A stretch of DNA of 64,000 nucleotides, taken from assembly GCF_001194135.2 (NCBI RefSeq), contig NC_068982.1, positions 7,523,934-7,587,933 of the forward strand, in the 5' to 3' direction. The notes beneath the pieces were generated by a model that ran no database searches, was not told the origin of the DNA, and worked only from the letters and a program-made list of their open reading frames with translations. The translations under genes and the position numbers were made by a program. The DNA is from Octopus bimaculoides (taxonomy: Eukaryota). Shown here in pieces: positions 12,054 to 23,400 of this stretch; position 1 is the first letter of the stretch; the number at the start of each line of letters is the position of its first letter.

Positions 12054-12087
12054 ACAACAGCAACAACAACAACAACAACAACAACAA
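12054..12087 (+). repeat. (CAA)n trinucleotide repeat upstream of the receptor
   Basis: About 11 CAA/CAG units. Confidence 0.9.
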
Positions 12088-13160
12088 AAACAATATTAAT
12101 AAAAAGAACAACAAGAATAAATGGGATCAGTTATTTTAAATTTTTATAATTTCATGGAATATATATCAAATTACAAAGGAACGTTCCTCGCTTTCCATGC
12201 ATCACGCGATAATGAAATATACTCGAATCAACATTTATATTTTGAATAGTGGCATGCACCGAAACTGTATAAAGATTTTCATTTGATAACAGAAAAAGTG
12301 GAGATCAGATTTAAATCATACTTTCTTATATCCTCAACTATCCATATCAAATTACCTCAATTACTTGGTGCAGCAAGTAAAATGCACATTCCAGAAGAGG
12401 ATGCACATAATCACTTAGGAGCTTCGTTATAAATAAGCATCTAAAACAAACAGAAAAAAGTGAATATCGATTAACTGAATCGATCAATTTCTTTGCATAA
12501 TATTTCTTACTGAAGCCTGTCCACTGTATCTCGAGCATTATTTTAAAATAATATACACACACACACACATGTATATATATATCAAGAGATGTTTGCTACA
12601 TATTACCTATGTAGTATCTATTATTAATAGTATCTATTAAATCTCAATTTTACTAATAGTTAAATACACAGACAATAATTCGTATTATGAAAGCATTTTG
12701 TCATAATAATGCTTACGTCCTCTCATAAATGTATTTTTCTGTGTTATATCATAAATATTACCATCAATTAAAGGCGTATTTCACAAAATAGTCAAAACGG
12801 CATTTTATTCAATATTCCGCTATGACAATACAATGTTTACAAAGTTACTTGAGATTCTCTTTTATTTGAAATATTATTAGATCTCTAATTTTTCTGAGTT
12901 AAAATAGAATGCTTCAATGAAACAATAAGCTTCTATGGCTAAATGATAATCTTCTCCGGCTAAATAATAAAAGCCTATGAAGTGGAAAAGCAAAGCAATC
13001 AAACCTATAACTCGATATGACTAGGCTCATTCTATTTCCTGTGATATAGTAGTCGGCATTCCGTTATTTTAGCATTATCTGTTTAGATAGTGAAATTCAT
13101 TTTATTTTCCATATATAATAAGAGTGAATATTAATGATATAATTTATTTAATAAATAATA

Positions 13161-13176
13161 TATTTATAATTTACAG
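13161..13176 (+). other. Candidate 3' splice acceptor of a 5'UTR intron (tatttataatttacag|G)
   Basis: AT/pyrimidine tract ending in TTACAG, 280 bp upstream of the ATG. No transcript evidence. Confidence 0.3.
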
Positions 13177-13331
13177 GCCTTTAGATCATACTGTTATATT
13201 TATATATTTATACATATCCTTCCAAAGAAGTTAAAATGAGATCTAAATCTTTTTAAAATACATTGATAAACCAGGCCAATAACAATAAAGAAGATTAATT
13301 GTAACTTATTTATTCACAAACATAAACATTT

Positions 13332-13397
13332 ATGTATCTTCATTTTGTTCCATGCCACCATATAAAAGCTGAAGGAGAATATAAAGCTCTCCGCTAA
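13332..13397 (+). promoter_or_regulatory. Two overlapping uORFs (13332-13397, 21 aa; 13352-13372, MPPYKS) and a TATAAAAG box (13361-13368) just upstream of the receptor ATG
   Basis: Read directly from the sequence. Function is not established: the two readings (uORF in a 5'UTR versus TATA core promoter) depend on where the TSS lies. Confidence 0.3.
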
Positions 13398-13456
13398 AAA
13401 CCAAGTGTCACTTGCTCTGTTCCGTCGTAATCCGAAGACAGTGTGAGTGAACATTC

Positions 13457-14752
13457 ATGCTGAATCACGCAGGAGCCTACAATGATACAGGAAATACGTC
13501 ATTGCTCGAGTATTATGATGTTCCATTCAATGACACATCCTTTACAAAACAGGGTTTCACCTACGAACTAAAACACCCTAGTATTGGCATACTGCTTTCC
13601 GTTTTTTCTTTAATTACTATAGTAGGAAACATTTTAGTTATTGTGGCAGTTACTCGGGAAATATATTTAAGGACAGTGACAAATTATTTCATTGTGTCTC
13701 TGGCTGTAGCTGATCTTATGGTAGGAGGTATTGTAATGCCATTCAGTATTAGTCACGAAATGACCAACAATGTTTGGCTATATGGATCTGTTTGGTGTGA
13801 TTTGTGGCATTCGTTTGACGTGCTGGCAAGTACTGCGTCCATCATGAATTTATGTGTAATTTCACTCGACCGATACTGGGCGATTAATGATCCAATTTCA
13901 TATCCAATTAGAATGTCTTCGAGTAAAGTAAGCCTTCTTATAACTGGAGTTTGGTTATGCTCAGCAACGATATCCTTCCCAGCTATTGCTTGGTGGCGAG
14001 CTGTAAAACCCCCAGACTTGCCAAGTTACCAGTGTCTATTCACTGAAGACACGGGGTATTTAATATTTTCATCGTGTGTGTCGTTTTACTGTCCACTCAT
14101 TATCATGCTATTCGTTTATTATAAAATCTACAAAGCTGCAGTGGCTCAAACGCGAAGTATCAAAATGGGATGCAAAGTAATGATGTCAAGTAGCATAGAT
14201 GGAGAGGCAATGACACTACGGATGCACAGAGGAGGTCGGAGGCGGACAACACATGAAATTGACACAAGTGCTGAACGAAATGCAAGTGACAGCGATAGTG
14301 GAAGTCCTGCTCACTTAGTTCGTGCTCAAGCAGGAGAACGGCCAACAAAATTTATCACAAAGCGCCTTAGACATTTTGCAATTAGTAAAAAACTAAGTAA
14401 GGTTGCCAAAGAACAGAAGGCAGCAAAAACTCTTGGCATTGTTGTAGGCGTTTTCATTCTCTGTTGGCTTCCTTTCTTTATAACGAATCTCCTATTAGCA
14501 CTGTGCAAAACGTGCGTCGTTTATCCAGAAGTACTGTTTCCGGTTTTCACTTGGTTCGGATATATTAATTCAGGAATGAATCCAATCATATATGCTCTAT
14601 CGATGCGAGATTTCAGACGTGCGTTTTCAAAGATTATTTTTATCTGTTGTCCAAAATATGGTGTCATTCGTCGCCAAACGGCTAATGATAACAATACTAG
14701 TACAAGTTTTACAGTGAGTACTGTTGACCGCACCGTTCCATTTAAACTGTAA
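13457..14752 (+). CDS. Dop1R2: Intronless class A aminergic GPCR, invertebrate-type dopamine receptor (INDR/Dop1R2/DAMB-like), 431 aa
   Basis: Uninterrupted ORF with an in-frame upstream TGA at 13448-13450. It has seven hydrophobic segments, GN in TM1, LAVAD in TM2, D3.32 (FDVLAS, codon 13817-13819), DRY, the TM5 catechol serines SSxxS, CWLPFF with N6.55, NPIIY, N-glycosylation sequons at N9/N13/N25 and a CC palmitoylation site after helix 8. The motifs SFPAIAWWRA, TEDTGYLIFSS, LRMHRGG and AKEQKAAKTLGIV match recalled arthropod Dop1R2/INDR sequences. The gene symbol is an orthology inference. Confidence 0.93.
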   Translation: MLNHAGAYNDTGNTSLLEYYDVPFNDTSFTKQGFTYELKHPSIGILLSVFSLITIVGNILVIVAVTREIYLRTVTNYFIVSLAVADLMVGGIVMPFSISHEMTNNVWLYGSVWCDLWHSFDVLASTASIMNLCVISLDRYWAINDPISYPIRMSSSKVSLLITGVWLCSATISFPAIAWWRAVKPPDLPSYQCLFTEDTGYLIFSSCVSFYCPLIIMLFVYYKIYKAAVAQTRSIKMGCKVMMSSSIDGEAMTLRMHRGGRRRTTHEIDTSAERNASDSDSGSPAHLVRAQAGERPTKFITKRLRHFAISKKLSKVAKEQKAAKTLGIVVGVFILCWLPFFITNLLLALCKTCVVYPEVLFPVFTWFGYINSGMNPIIYALSMRDFRRAFSKIIFICCPKYGVIRRQTANDNNTSTSFTVSTVDRTVPFKL

Positions 14753-14780
14753 GACGATAAAAACATGTGGAGATAAGCCA

Positions 14781-14786
14781 AATAAA
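14781..14786 (+). other. Possible proximal polyadenylation signal AATAAA
   Basis: Hexamer 29 bp after the stop codon. AATAAA is common in AT-rich DNA. Confidence 0.2.
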
Positions 14787-16395
14787 AAAAATACCTCTTT
14801 GAAATAACATTTTCATAAAAAGAAATTGAATTTCGAGTTTGTCTACTAGAGAGGTACTTCCTTAAATGTCGAACTCGTGAATGAGATAAAGAAAGGTTCC
14901 GTAAATATATAAAACAGAATCAAAACTGTGTAATACAGAGAACTTGAATTGCTGCATGAATGATCTGTTAACGACTTTACACATAATTATATATTTACAC
15001 ACATTACTGTTAATATAAATATGAATGTACTGTTAGGTATGTAATCATTGCATATTTATATAAATTGGTTATGAACTCATAAGCGCATGTATATACGTAT
15101 ATCATTTATAAAGTGTGTTCACATGTTTACAATCACATTTACACGATGCATACACATCTGCATATATGTATATATATATAAGCATGTATACATACAATAT
15201 ATGTGTGTACAAATCTATATATATATGTATATATATATATATANNNNNNNNNNNNNNNNNNNNNNNNNNNNNNNNNNNNNNNNNNNNNNNNNNNNNNNNN
15301 NNNNNNNNNNNNNNNNNNNNNNNNNNNNNNNNNNNNNNNNNNNNNNNNNNNNNNNNNNNNNNNNNNNNNNNNNNNNNNNNNNNNNNNNNNNNNNNNNNNN
15401 NNNNNNNNNNNNNNNNNNNNNNNNNNNNNNNNNNNNNNNNNNNNNNNNNNNNNNNNNNNNNNNNNNNNNNNNNNNNNNNNNNNNNNNNNNNNNNNNNNNN
15501 NNNNNNNNNNNNNNNNNNNNNNNNNNNNNNNNNNNNNNNNNNNNNNNNNNNNNNNNNNNNNNNNNNNNNNNNNNNNNNNNNNNNNNNNNNNNNNNNNNNN
15601 NNNNNNNNNNNNNNNNNNNNNNNNNNNNNNNNNNNNNNNNNNNNNNNNNNNNNNNNNNNNNNNNNNNNNNNNNNNNNNNNNNNNNNNNNNNNNNNNNNNN
15701 NNNNNNNNNNNNNNNNNNNNNNNNNNNNNNNNNNNNNNNNNNNNNNNNNNNNNNNNNNNNNNNNNNNNNNNNNNNNNNNNNNNNNNNNNNNNNNNATATA
15801 TATATATATATACATATATTAATACAGACATACATTAATGTATACCTATTCCAAAACAGAAAAAAAAGGTTCACGTGACAGAATACAAACTTTTCCATCA
15901 AGAGACATGATTAACATGTATAAAGACAAAGTTGCTTCCAGTCGTATTATTTGCAAAAATAAAAATATATAATAAAATTGTAAATTAACATTGCAATGAT
16001 AATTGACGTTCAATAGTTTATAAATGTACTTATATGAACAAATTATATTATTTTGCTTATTGATTTCTCCGATCGACAGGTGTATATATACCGTAACTGA
16101 AAATTATACATTTTCTATAAAAGCCTGACCGTCATCAAGGAAAATGTATTTCCTGAACATCAGTCATTATTCAATTAAACATGTAAATCAATGATTACAT
16201 TGTGCTCTTAATTATTTTGTGCGTTAAACATAAGCAGGATGTGCATGTATGTACATGTACACATATACATTCACTCACATATACAGACGCACAAACTCAC
16301 ACACAATCATCACACATTCATATGTAGATATATGTGTATATGTGTGTATGTGTATATATATGTATATCTGTATATTTCTACAAATATGCGTGTGC

Positions 16396-16431
<36 letters not shown>

Positions 16432-19158
16432 TCATAAGAATGGTACAACAAGGTACCGATATTTGCTGGAGAATAGCAATCGATATAAAAACGACGCTAT
16501 TGTATAGCTTCACTGCGTATATACTGGCAAAAATGCGTGTGTGCAACAAAACATGAAAAACTTGTCTTACCTTAGGAAGAACATCCGAAAATGAACAACC
16601 CAGATTAAGGATAATGCNNNNNNNNNNNNNNNNNNNNNNNNNNNNNNNNNNNNNNNNNNNNNNNNNNNNNNNNNNNNNNNNNNNNNNNNNNNNNNNNNNN
16701 NNNNNNNNNNNNNNNNNNNNNNNNNNNNNNNNNNNNNNNNNNNNNNNNNNNNNNNNNNNNNNNNNNNNNNNNNNNNNNNNNNNNNNNNNNNNNNNNNNNN
16801 NNNNNNNNNNNNNNNNNNNNNNNNNNNNNNNNNNNNNNNNNNNNNNNNNNNNNNNNNNNNNNNNNNNNNNNNNNNNNNNNNNNNNNNNNNNNNNNNNNNN
16901 NNNNNNNNNNNNNNNNNNNNNNNNNNNNNNNNNNNNNNNNNNNNNNNNNNNNNNNNNNNNNNNNNNNNNNNNNNNNNNNNNNNNNNNNNNNNNNNNNNNN
17001 NNNNNNNNNNNNNNNNNNNNNNNNNNNNNNNNNNNNNNNNNNNNNNNNNNNNNNNNNNNNNNNNNNNNNNNNNNNNNNNNNNNNNNNNNNNNNNNNNNNN
17101 NNNNNNNNNNNNNNNNNNNNNNNNNNNNNNNNNNNNNNNNNNNNNNNNNNNNNNNNNNNNNNNNNNNNNNNNNNNNNNNNNNNNNNNNNNNNNNNNNNNN
17201 NNNNNNNNNNNNNNNNNNNNNNNNNNNNNNNNNNNNNNNNNNNNNNNNNNNNNNNNNNNNNNNNNNNNNNNNNNNNNNNNNNNNNNNNNNNNNNNNNNNN
17301 NNNNNNNNNNNNNNNNNNNNNNNNNNNNNNNNNNNNNNNNNNNNNNNNNNNNNNNNNNNNNNNNNNNNNNNNNNNNNNNNNNNNNNNNNNNNNNNNNNNN
17401 NNNNNNNNNNNNNNNNNNNNNNNNNNNNNNNNNNNNNNNNNNNNNNNNNNNNNNNNNNNNNNNNNNNTATATATATATTAAACAGAACCCATGTATACTG
17501 GTGGTCGTTTGTATCGACCAGACTTCCATTGTTGTAAAAATCGAAAGATAGAATACAGCGATTCTACTGCTAGATGAGAGTAGGGAAAGATCGTGTTTCA
17601 AATGTGTTCACGAAAGCAATCGCCATGGTAACTGTCTTTTTCTTCAGTATGAAATGCAGCGGAAAATTTGTAGAACTACTACATTGAGTAGAATATATGC
17701 AGTAGAAGTTTTGGCAAACTTGGTACCGTGAATAGGCCCAGTGATGATTCTAGTATTGTTATTATAAAGACGTGTTTCGTCGCTGAGCGTATTTAAAAGT
17801 TTCTGGCTGAGTATGGATCATCGCTTTGAAAAATTTAGCCCCGAGCTTTCAATGCAACGAGTGGTAGAGTGGTAAAATTCAAAGTTGCTGTAATATCAAG
17901 GAGTAGAAAATGGAAGTTGCGAATGAGTGTGCGTTATATTTGGAGACGAGCGGCTGATCGGTTAAAGAGAGGAACAGGCCTACGCTTTGCTGATCGCTTT
18001 TGCGAAACATACAAGGCCCACTGCTACGTATGCTTGACCAACCTGTTGCTTCCCTCCACCAATACAAGCAGTCATTCATTTGCCCATCTATAATCGTGCG
18101 GTATCCTTACAAATCATGGATCCGCACACTCAATGAAACGGAACATCGTTTCGTATTCAAACTCAGAATCATGGATTTAAATGAATGTTCTCCGCTAATC
18201 CCTCCTTCTTTCTTTAATTCAGTAATCTGATTTTTATTATTCAGCTCTCCTCTCGTCTTCATGTTTTACTTCGCCTAACCTTCACTCACTTCTATTCCTA
18301 TTTTATATTCTGTTCCCTTTTCTCTCTTTCACTGGGTTTCTCCTTCCTAGTTTTTTCCTGTCCACGTATGCAAGCTCACGTTTCTTGCACTCCCCGTCAG
18401 TTGCAGCCAATTACTCAAGCAGATTATGTAAATTCTGATGTCTTTTAATTTTTCCCCTGTTTCTTAAGCCAGAACAAAAATTGGCCGCAACTTTGCATAG
18501 CTCGCTTCATTGCAATCTTTCGGCTGTGCAATGTGTGTGTGTGTGTGTATGTGTGTGTGTATGTGTGTGTTTGTGTGTTGCCATTTCATTCAGAATCAAG
18601 AGGCAAAGACAATGATATTCAAATATCACAAATCAACAAAATATAAATGATTTAAGGTAATTGAATACATAATTTAACAAAATAATACATAAAGATTCTG
18701 TATAAACCGAGTAAATATCTTTAATGTTATTAGACTCCCATTTTATCCACTATATACAAATGAAAACCTGTATATTTATATTTACACTGCCATTTGTAAT
18801 ATACGTTTCCACTTCGCGAGTGTATAGGTTTATAGATTTCTAACCTTTACCGCCTAACTTTTCAGTTAAAGAAGATTCATGATTTGGTATGTCTTTTTCG
18901 TCTTATTTGTTTTCAGTTTATTTGTCAGAAGAGCATCAGGATCGCTTTCCCCTATTCCTTCTACTTTTTATGCTTGTTTTTTGTTTTGTTTTTGTTTTTG
19001 TTTCGAAACATTTTTATTGCCTATAATTATTTGGGGCTGTTTTTACATTACCTTATTTCTTTCAGCCATTTGACTACGCCCATGCTGCAACGCAGCCATG
19101 AAAGATTTTAGTCAAAGAAATCGATCCGCTGACATATTTTTTTAAGCCTAATACGTAT

Positions 19159-19304
19159 TCTATCGTTTCTTTTGCAGAACCGCTAAGTTACGGGACGTAA
19201 AGACACCAACACCGGTTGTCAGGCGGTGATAGGGGCAATTACAGACTCACACAAATACACACATAGATACACACACACGCACATACACACACACACACAC
19301 ACAC

Positions 19305-19349
<45 letters not shown>

Positions 19350-19541
19350 NNNNNNNNNNNNNNNNNNNNNNNNNNNNNNNNNNNNNNNNNNNNNNNNNNN
19401 NNNNNNATATATATGGCTTCTTTACGTTTCCGTCTACCAAACCTAGTAGAAAGCACTTACCCGAGCGGCTATGCAGTGGATTGAACCCGGAACCATTTGG
19501 TTGGGAAGTAAGCTTCTTACCACACAGCCACGCCTGTGCCT
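19159..19541 (-). mobile_element. SINE family B (spans a gap; central deletion)
   Basis: gaaccgctaagttacgggacgtaa..; gcttctttacgtttccgtctaccaaa; head ttaccacacagccacgcctgtgcct. Confidence 0.8.
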
Positions 19542-19606
19542 ATATATGTTTACATTTTGTTGAGATTTCCTTAAAAACTAGTAAACACCTCCACTGATAA
19601 GCGGAA

Positions 19607-20280
19607 GTCTGTGAGGTAAGAAGTCTGCTTCCCAAACACATGGCTCCAGGTTCAGTCCACTGCGTGGCCACTTGGGGCAAGTGTCGTCTACTATACCATC
19701 GGGTCGACCAAGTTTAATCAGTAGATTTGGTAGACGGAAACTAAAAAAAAAAGACTGTCGTATATTTGTGTGTGTGTTTGTGTGCTTGTGTGTGTGTGTG
19801 TGTTTGTGTGTGTGTATGTGTGTTTGTGTGTGCGAATGCGTGTGTTGGTCTGTGTCTGTTTGTGTGTGTGTGCGTATGTGTGTGTGCATGTGTATTTTTG
19901 TGTGTATATGTTTGTGTGCGTGTGTTTGTGTTTCTGTGTGCGTATGTGTATGTACTTGCATGTGTGTGTGTGCGTTTGTATGTGTGTGTTTGCGTGTGTG
20001 TGCATGTTGCTGTGTGTATGTGCATGTTGCTGTGTGTATGTGCATGTTGCTGTGTGTATGTGCATGTGTGCGTATGTGTGTTTGTGTGCATGTGTGTGTT
20101 TGTGTAAGCGTTTGTTTCCTACCACCGCTTGACAAACAGTTTTGGGTCTTTTACGTCCCCTCAACTCAGCGGTTCAGAAAACTGACCCCCATAAGTACCA
20201 GACCTCAAAGAAATAAGTATTGGAGTCGATTCGATTACAATTCTTGCACGCGGACCCTCAGCATGGTCGTAGTTTAATCA
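19607..20280 (+). mobile_element. SINE family B with a greatly expanded internal TG-rich microsatellite (about 340 bp)
   Basis: Head, central domain and 3' module are all present. The internal tract includes 3 x tgcatgttgctgtgtgtatg at 20001-20060. Confidence 0.85.
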
Positions 20281-20435
20281 CTAAAAATTATAAGATAATA
20301 GATAAATGTTTCTTATTTCTGAACAAAACGAAAACTTTAAACGCATAACTTTGTCCTATATATGTTACATGAATAAAGTCCATGCTATAGAGACTCAATA
20401 CATGAAATGTAGAGTGTATATTTATATTCATATTC

Positions 20436-20640
20436 GCACCAGGCCAACAATTTCGGGGAAGGTGCTAAATCGTTTGCATCAAATCCAGATCTCAAACGGT
20501 ATTTAATTTGTCCACCAGTCAAAGGATCAAAGCAAAGTCGTTCCCGATGGCGTTTTAACGCAGAACGTAAAGAGCAAGGGCCTGAAAAAATACCTTCTAA
20601 GCGTTTTGTCCTGCATGGCAACGATTCTGCTTCGAATCTT
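20436..20640 (-). mobile_element. SINE family A, old degenerate copy
   Basis: gcaccaggcc..aatttcgggga tail; aaaggatcaaagcaaagtcg core; ggcaacgattctgc head. Confidence 0.6.
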
Positions 20641-20895
20641 GAGAAATTAGACTTCACAAAAGCAGAAGTGAGGAAGCTGATTCAAAGTCTACCGATCTAA
20701 GCCATCACTCGTACTATAAAAAATCTGTAAAATTTTCCACAAATTTATCATTTACGTATATATGAGCATGTCTAGACATGCAACTATATGAGAATATTTT
20801 CATATGAGAATATTTTCATAAAACAAAACATACAAATCTGCACACATACATACATACATACATACATACATACATACATACATACATACATACAT

Positions 20896-21110
20896 GCAGA
20901 AACGTTAGCACGCCGGGCGAAATACTTAGCGGTATTTCGTCTGCCGCTACGTTCTGAGTTCAAATTCCGCCGAGGTCGACTTTGCCTTTCATCCTTTCGG
21001 GGTCGATTAAATAAGTACCAGTTACACACTGGGGTCGATATAATCGACTTAATCCGTTTGTCTTTGTTTGTCCCCTCTGTGTGTAGCCCCTTGTGGGTGG
21101 TAAAGAAATA
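20896..21110 (+). mobile_element. SINE family A, 5'-truncated, tail type b, 22-bp TSD
   Basis: atacatacatacatgcagaaac at 20882-20903 and 21111-21132. Confidence 0.9.
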
Positions 21111-21285
21111 ATACATACATACATGCAGAAACCTTGTTGGTGTGGCTGAAATTCCAATAAAGGAGCCTTGGATATAGGTTAGAAACCAGATCTTTCGGTA
21201 TTGGCAAGAAATCTTAAAAGAAAACTGAATAATGGCATACATACATACAGTTTGAAAGCACTATCTTGCTCAGCATATATATCTC

Positions 21286-21730
21286 CTGGAAACTGTTTAG
21301 AAACGTGTAGCAAAACGAAAACCCGCTGTCAGGCATTTCCCATACTATGAACGTCTTGCTTCCCTGGGCATGGATACATTGAATCTCAGGCGTCTGTCAA
21401 CTGACTTAGTAGATACCCACAAGATTATCCACCATCGTTCCAACATTAAACTTGAGCAATGTTTTAAATTTCATATGGCAAACACTCGTGAGCATGCTTA
21501 CAAAATCAAAAGAAAAAAAAAACAACACAGCACCCATCACTTTCGGAAACATTCAGGCTCAGAATTGCTGAAGCATGGAATAAACTGCCCGCATCAGTCG
21601 TTAGCTGTCGGGACACTACATCGTTCAAAACTTCCATGCTTCATGAGATCCGTCAACAGTACACCTGATGGCTTTTTTTCTACATTGTAGTGTACTTGAG
21701 CACTGTATATAACAAATTCTTTCATATTTT
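21286..21730 (+). mobile_element. CR1-like LINE 3' end (RT C-terminus and 3'UTR)
   Basis: YYERLASLGMDTLNLRRLSTDLVDTHKII...TREHAYKI...RIAEAWNKLPASVV..FKT across frameshifts, a typical CR1 C-terminus. Confidence 0.8.
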
Positions 21731-21776
21731 TTATACATACGTTGGTATCAGCGAAAAGAAAATGCTTACGCTGAAC

Positions 21777-22376
21777 TATGATAGTAACATTAATTATCAA
21801 AGCAGTCTATCATTGAGCAACAACTGGATTATTATCTCCCACTTTGAAGGGTATGCGTTTGCAATCCAGGAACAAGAATTATCAACCAAGTACCTGATGC
21901 ACAAAAGGGATAGAGGTTCAGGAACAGCAGCAAAATGTGACAACCGATGCAGACTTTGTGGAGTTAACACCGAAGATATCACCCACATCAAACCAGTTGT
22001 CCGAAAATGTCATCACGCTAATATCTACAGATGAGTCAAGATGTCGTAGCTAGGACACCATATGATGAGATCCGTTGGAAGGATAATCCCGAGGACAAGG
22101 AAATAAGAACCCACAGAATAGGGGAAAACATAACCACTCATAATTAAAAGGAATGTCCCAGTGAAGACCTCAATGAAATGTAAACACTAAACACAATAGA
22201 CCTGATATAATGGTCTGAGATAGAGAAGAAGAAGTGTACTCGGATGTTAGTATAAAGCTGAAGATCAGTGAAAAAAAGTACACTACACTGAACTACTGAG
22301 AAATCTAGAGTTACGCTATGCAGATTACAAGTTCAGGTTTATATTTGTAATTGTTGGGGCCCTGGGATATGTAACA
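21777..22376 (+). mobile_element. R4/Dong-clade non-LTR retrotransposon fragment (CCHC knuckle and restriction-like endonuclease)
   Basis: SHFEGYAFAIQEQELSTKY; CRLCGVNTEDITH; RPDIMV (PD..D motif); IVGALGYV. Frameshifted. Confidence 0.8.
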
Positions 22377-22479
22377 CACTGGGATATGTAACAGCTAAAG
22401 GAGCCTCGAAACTCAAAATTTCGATGTCTGTTTGCAACAGTTCAGTATATCACATTTTTGTTCTAAAAATAATTTGCCC

Positions 22480-23400
22480 CGAATCAGGATACAATACTTC
22501 CCATATAAAAATTACGGGCACTCCATAGAATGGTGTTAGAACCTATGTCTGTATGGGATTTTATTAGTAAGATAGCCGCCTGATTTCGGAGAGGTTTGAA
22601 CCAGCTTCTTTTAATTGCTGCACATTTTGCATAGATTCGTTGAGAACAAATTCTCAAAGGATTCTGGTGCTCGTTTTGAGTCTCTTTTCTGTTGTTCCTA
22701 CGTAAGTTCATGTAAGGGTTTTTATTTTTATTACAGCGCTAGTACCGACTTGAACATTATGTTCATATATTACTGCTTTGATCGAAATATTACCATGAAG
22801 GAGGTGGTTACTAGAGTTTATACAGTTACACTTAGTTCCCTTTTTGATTTGGCTTCAGCGAGTCCTCTCACATTATGTTGCTTAATCTACCTGTTGCTAA
22901 CAACTAACTGTTGTAAATACCATAATAGTTATGCCCACCTGGGAAAACAACCTTGATTCTAAATTTGAGAATTCCCTAGCTATATTAGTTTTGAAATTCG
23001 TAGTAAATATTGGATTGAACTACAAATTCTTCCTGGAAATAATCCTGCGTGTTATCCTGGGGCTATTTTCATTGCTAACATAACAGGTCTGCTCAGAGAA
23101 ATCTCTAGGTTGACACTTATAAACAGGAGATTCGCTTATTTCGCTTATCTATATTGCAAAATATATTCTTAAGGATACAAGGCGTACGGATTTTCTTTGC
23201 ATGCCGTACGAAATGACAATTATCGTTAAAGGCCCTTTGTAAGTTATCGTATGCTTAGGGGGTTTTCAGTTTCCTTATCAAACTAAAGAGTTCTCTCCAA
23301 ATGTTTCTTGATCTTTAATAGCTGGTGGGACATTCCTTGATTTAAATCCGTGTTTATTTTCCGTGCTATTATGCAGCCATTCTCTTCGTCAATGAAATAT
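22480..23400 (-). mobile_element. Decayed Penelope-like element (N-terminal region plus GIY-YIG endonuclease; RT largely missing)
   Basis: Minus-strand peptides HGFKSRNVPP, FNPIFTTNFKTNIAREF, IKQHN, CNC, KAVIYE and TYVGTTEKRLKT match recalled Penelope motifs. Confidence 0.6.

Noticed and set aside
14160-14781. Three antisense ORFs overlapping the receptor CDS
   Set aside because: Short shadow ORFs of the coding strand with no recognisable motifs.
19578-20277. ORFs of 113-201 aa rich in CV/HT/YI (also 8326-8960, 16239-16556, 41419-41656, 51941-52224, 59562-60109)
   Set aside because: Translations of TG/CA/TA microsatellites, with no protein-like complexity.
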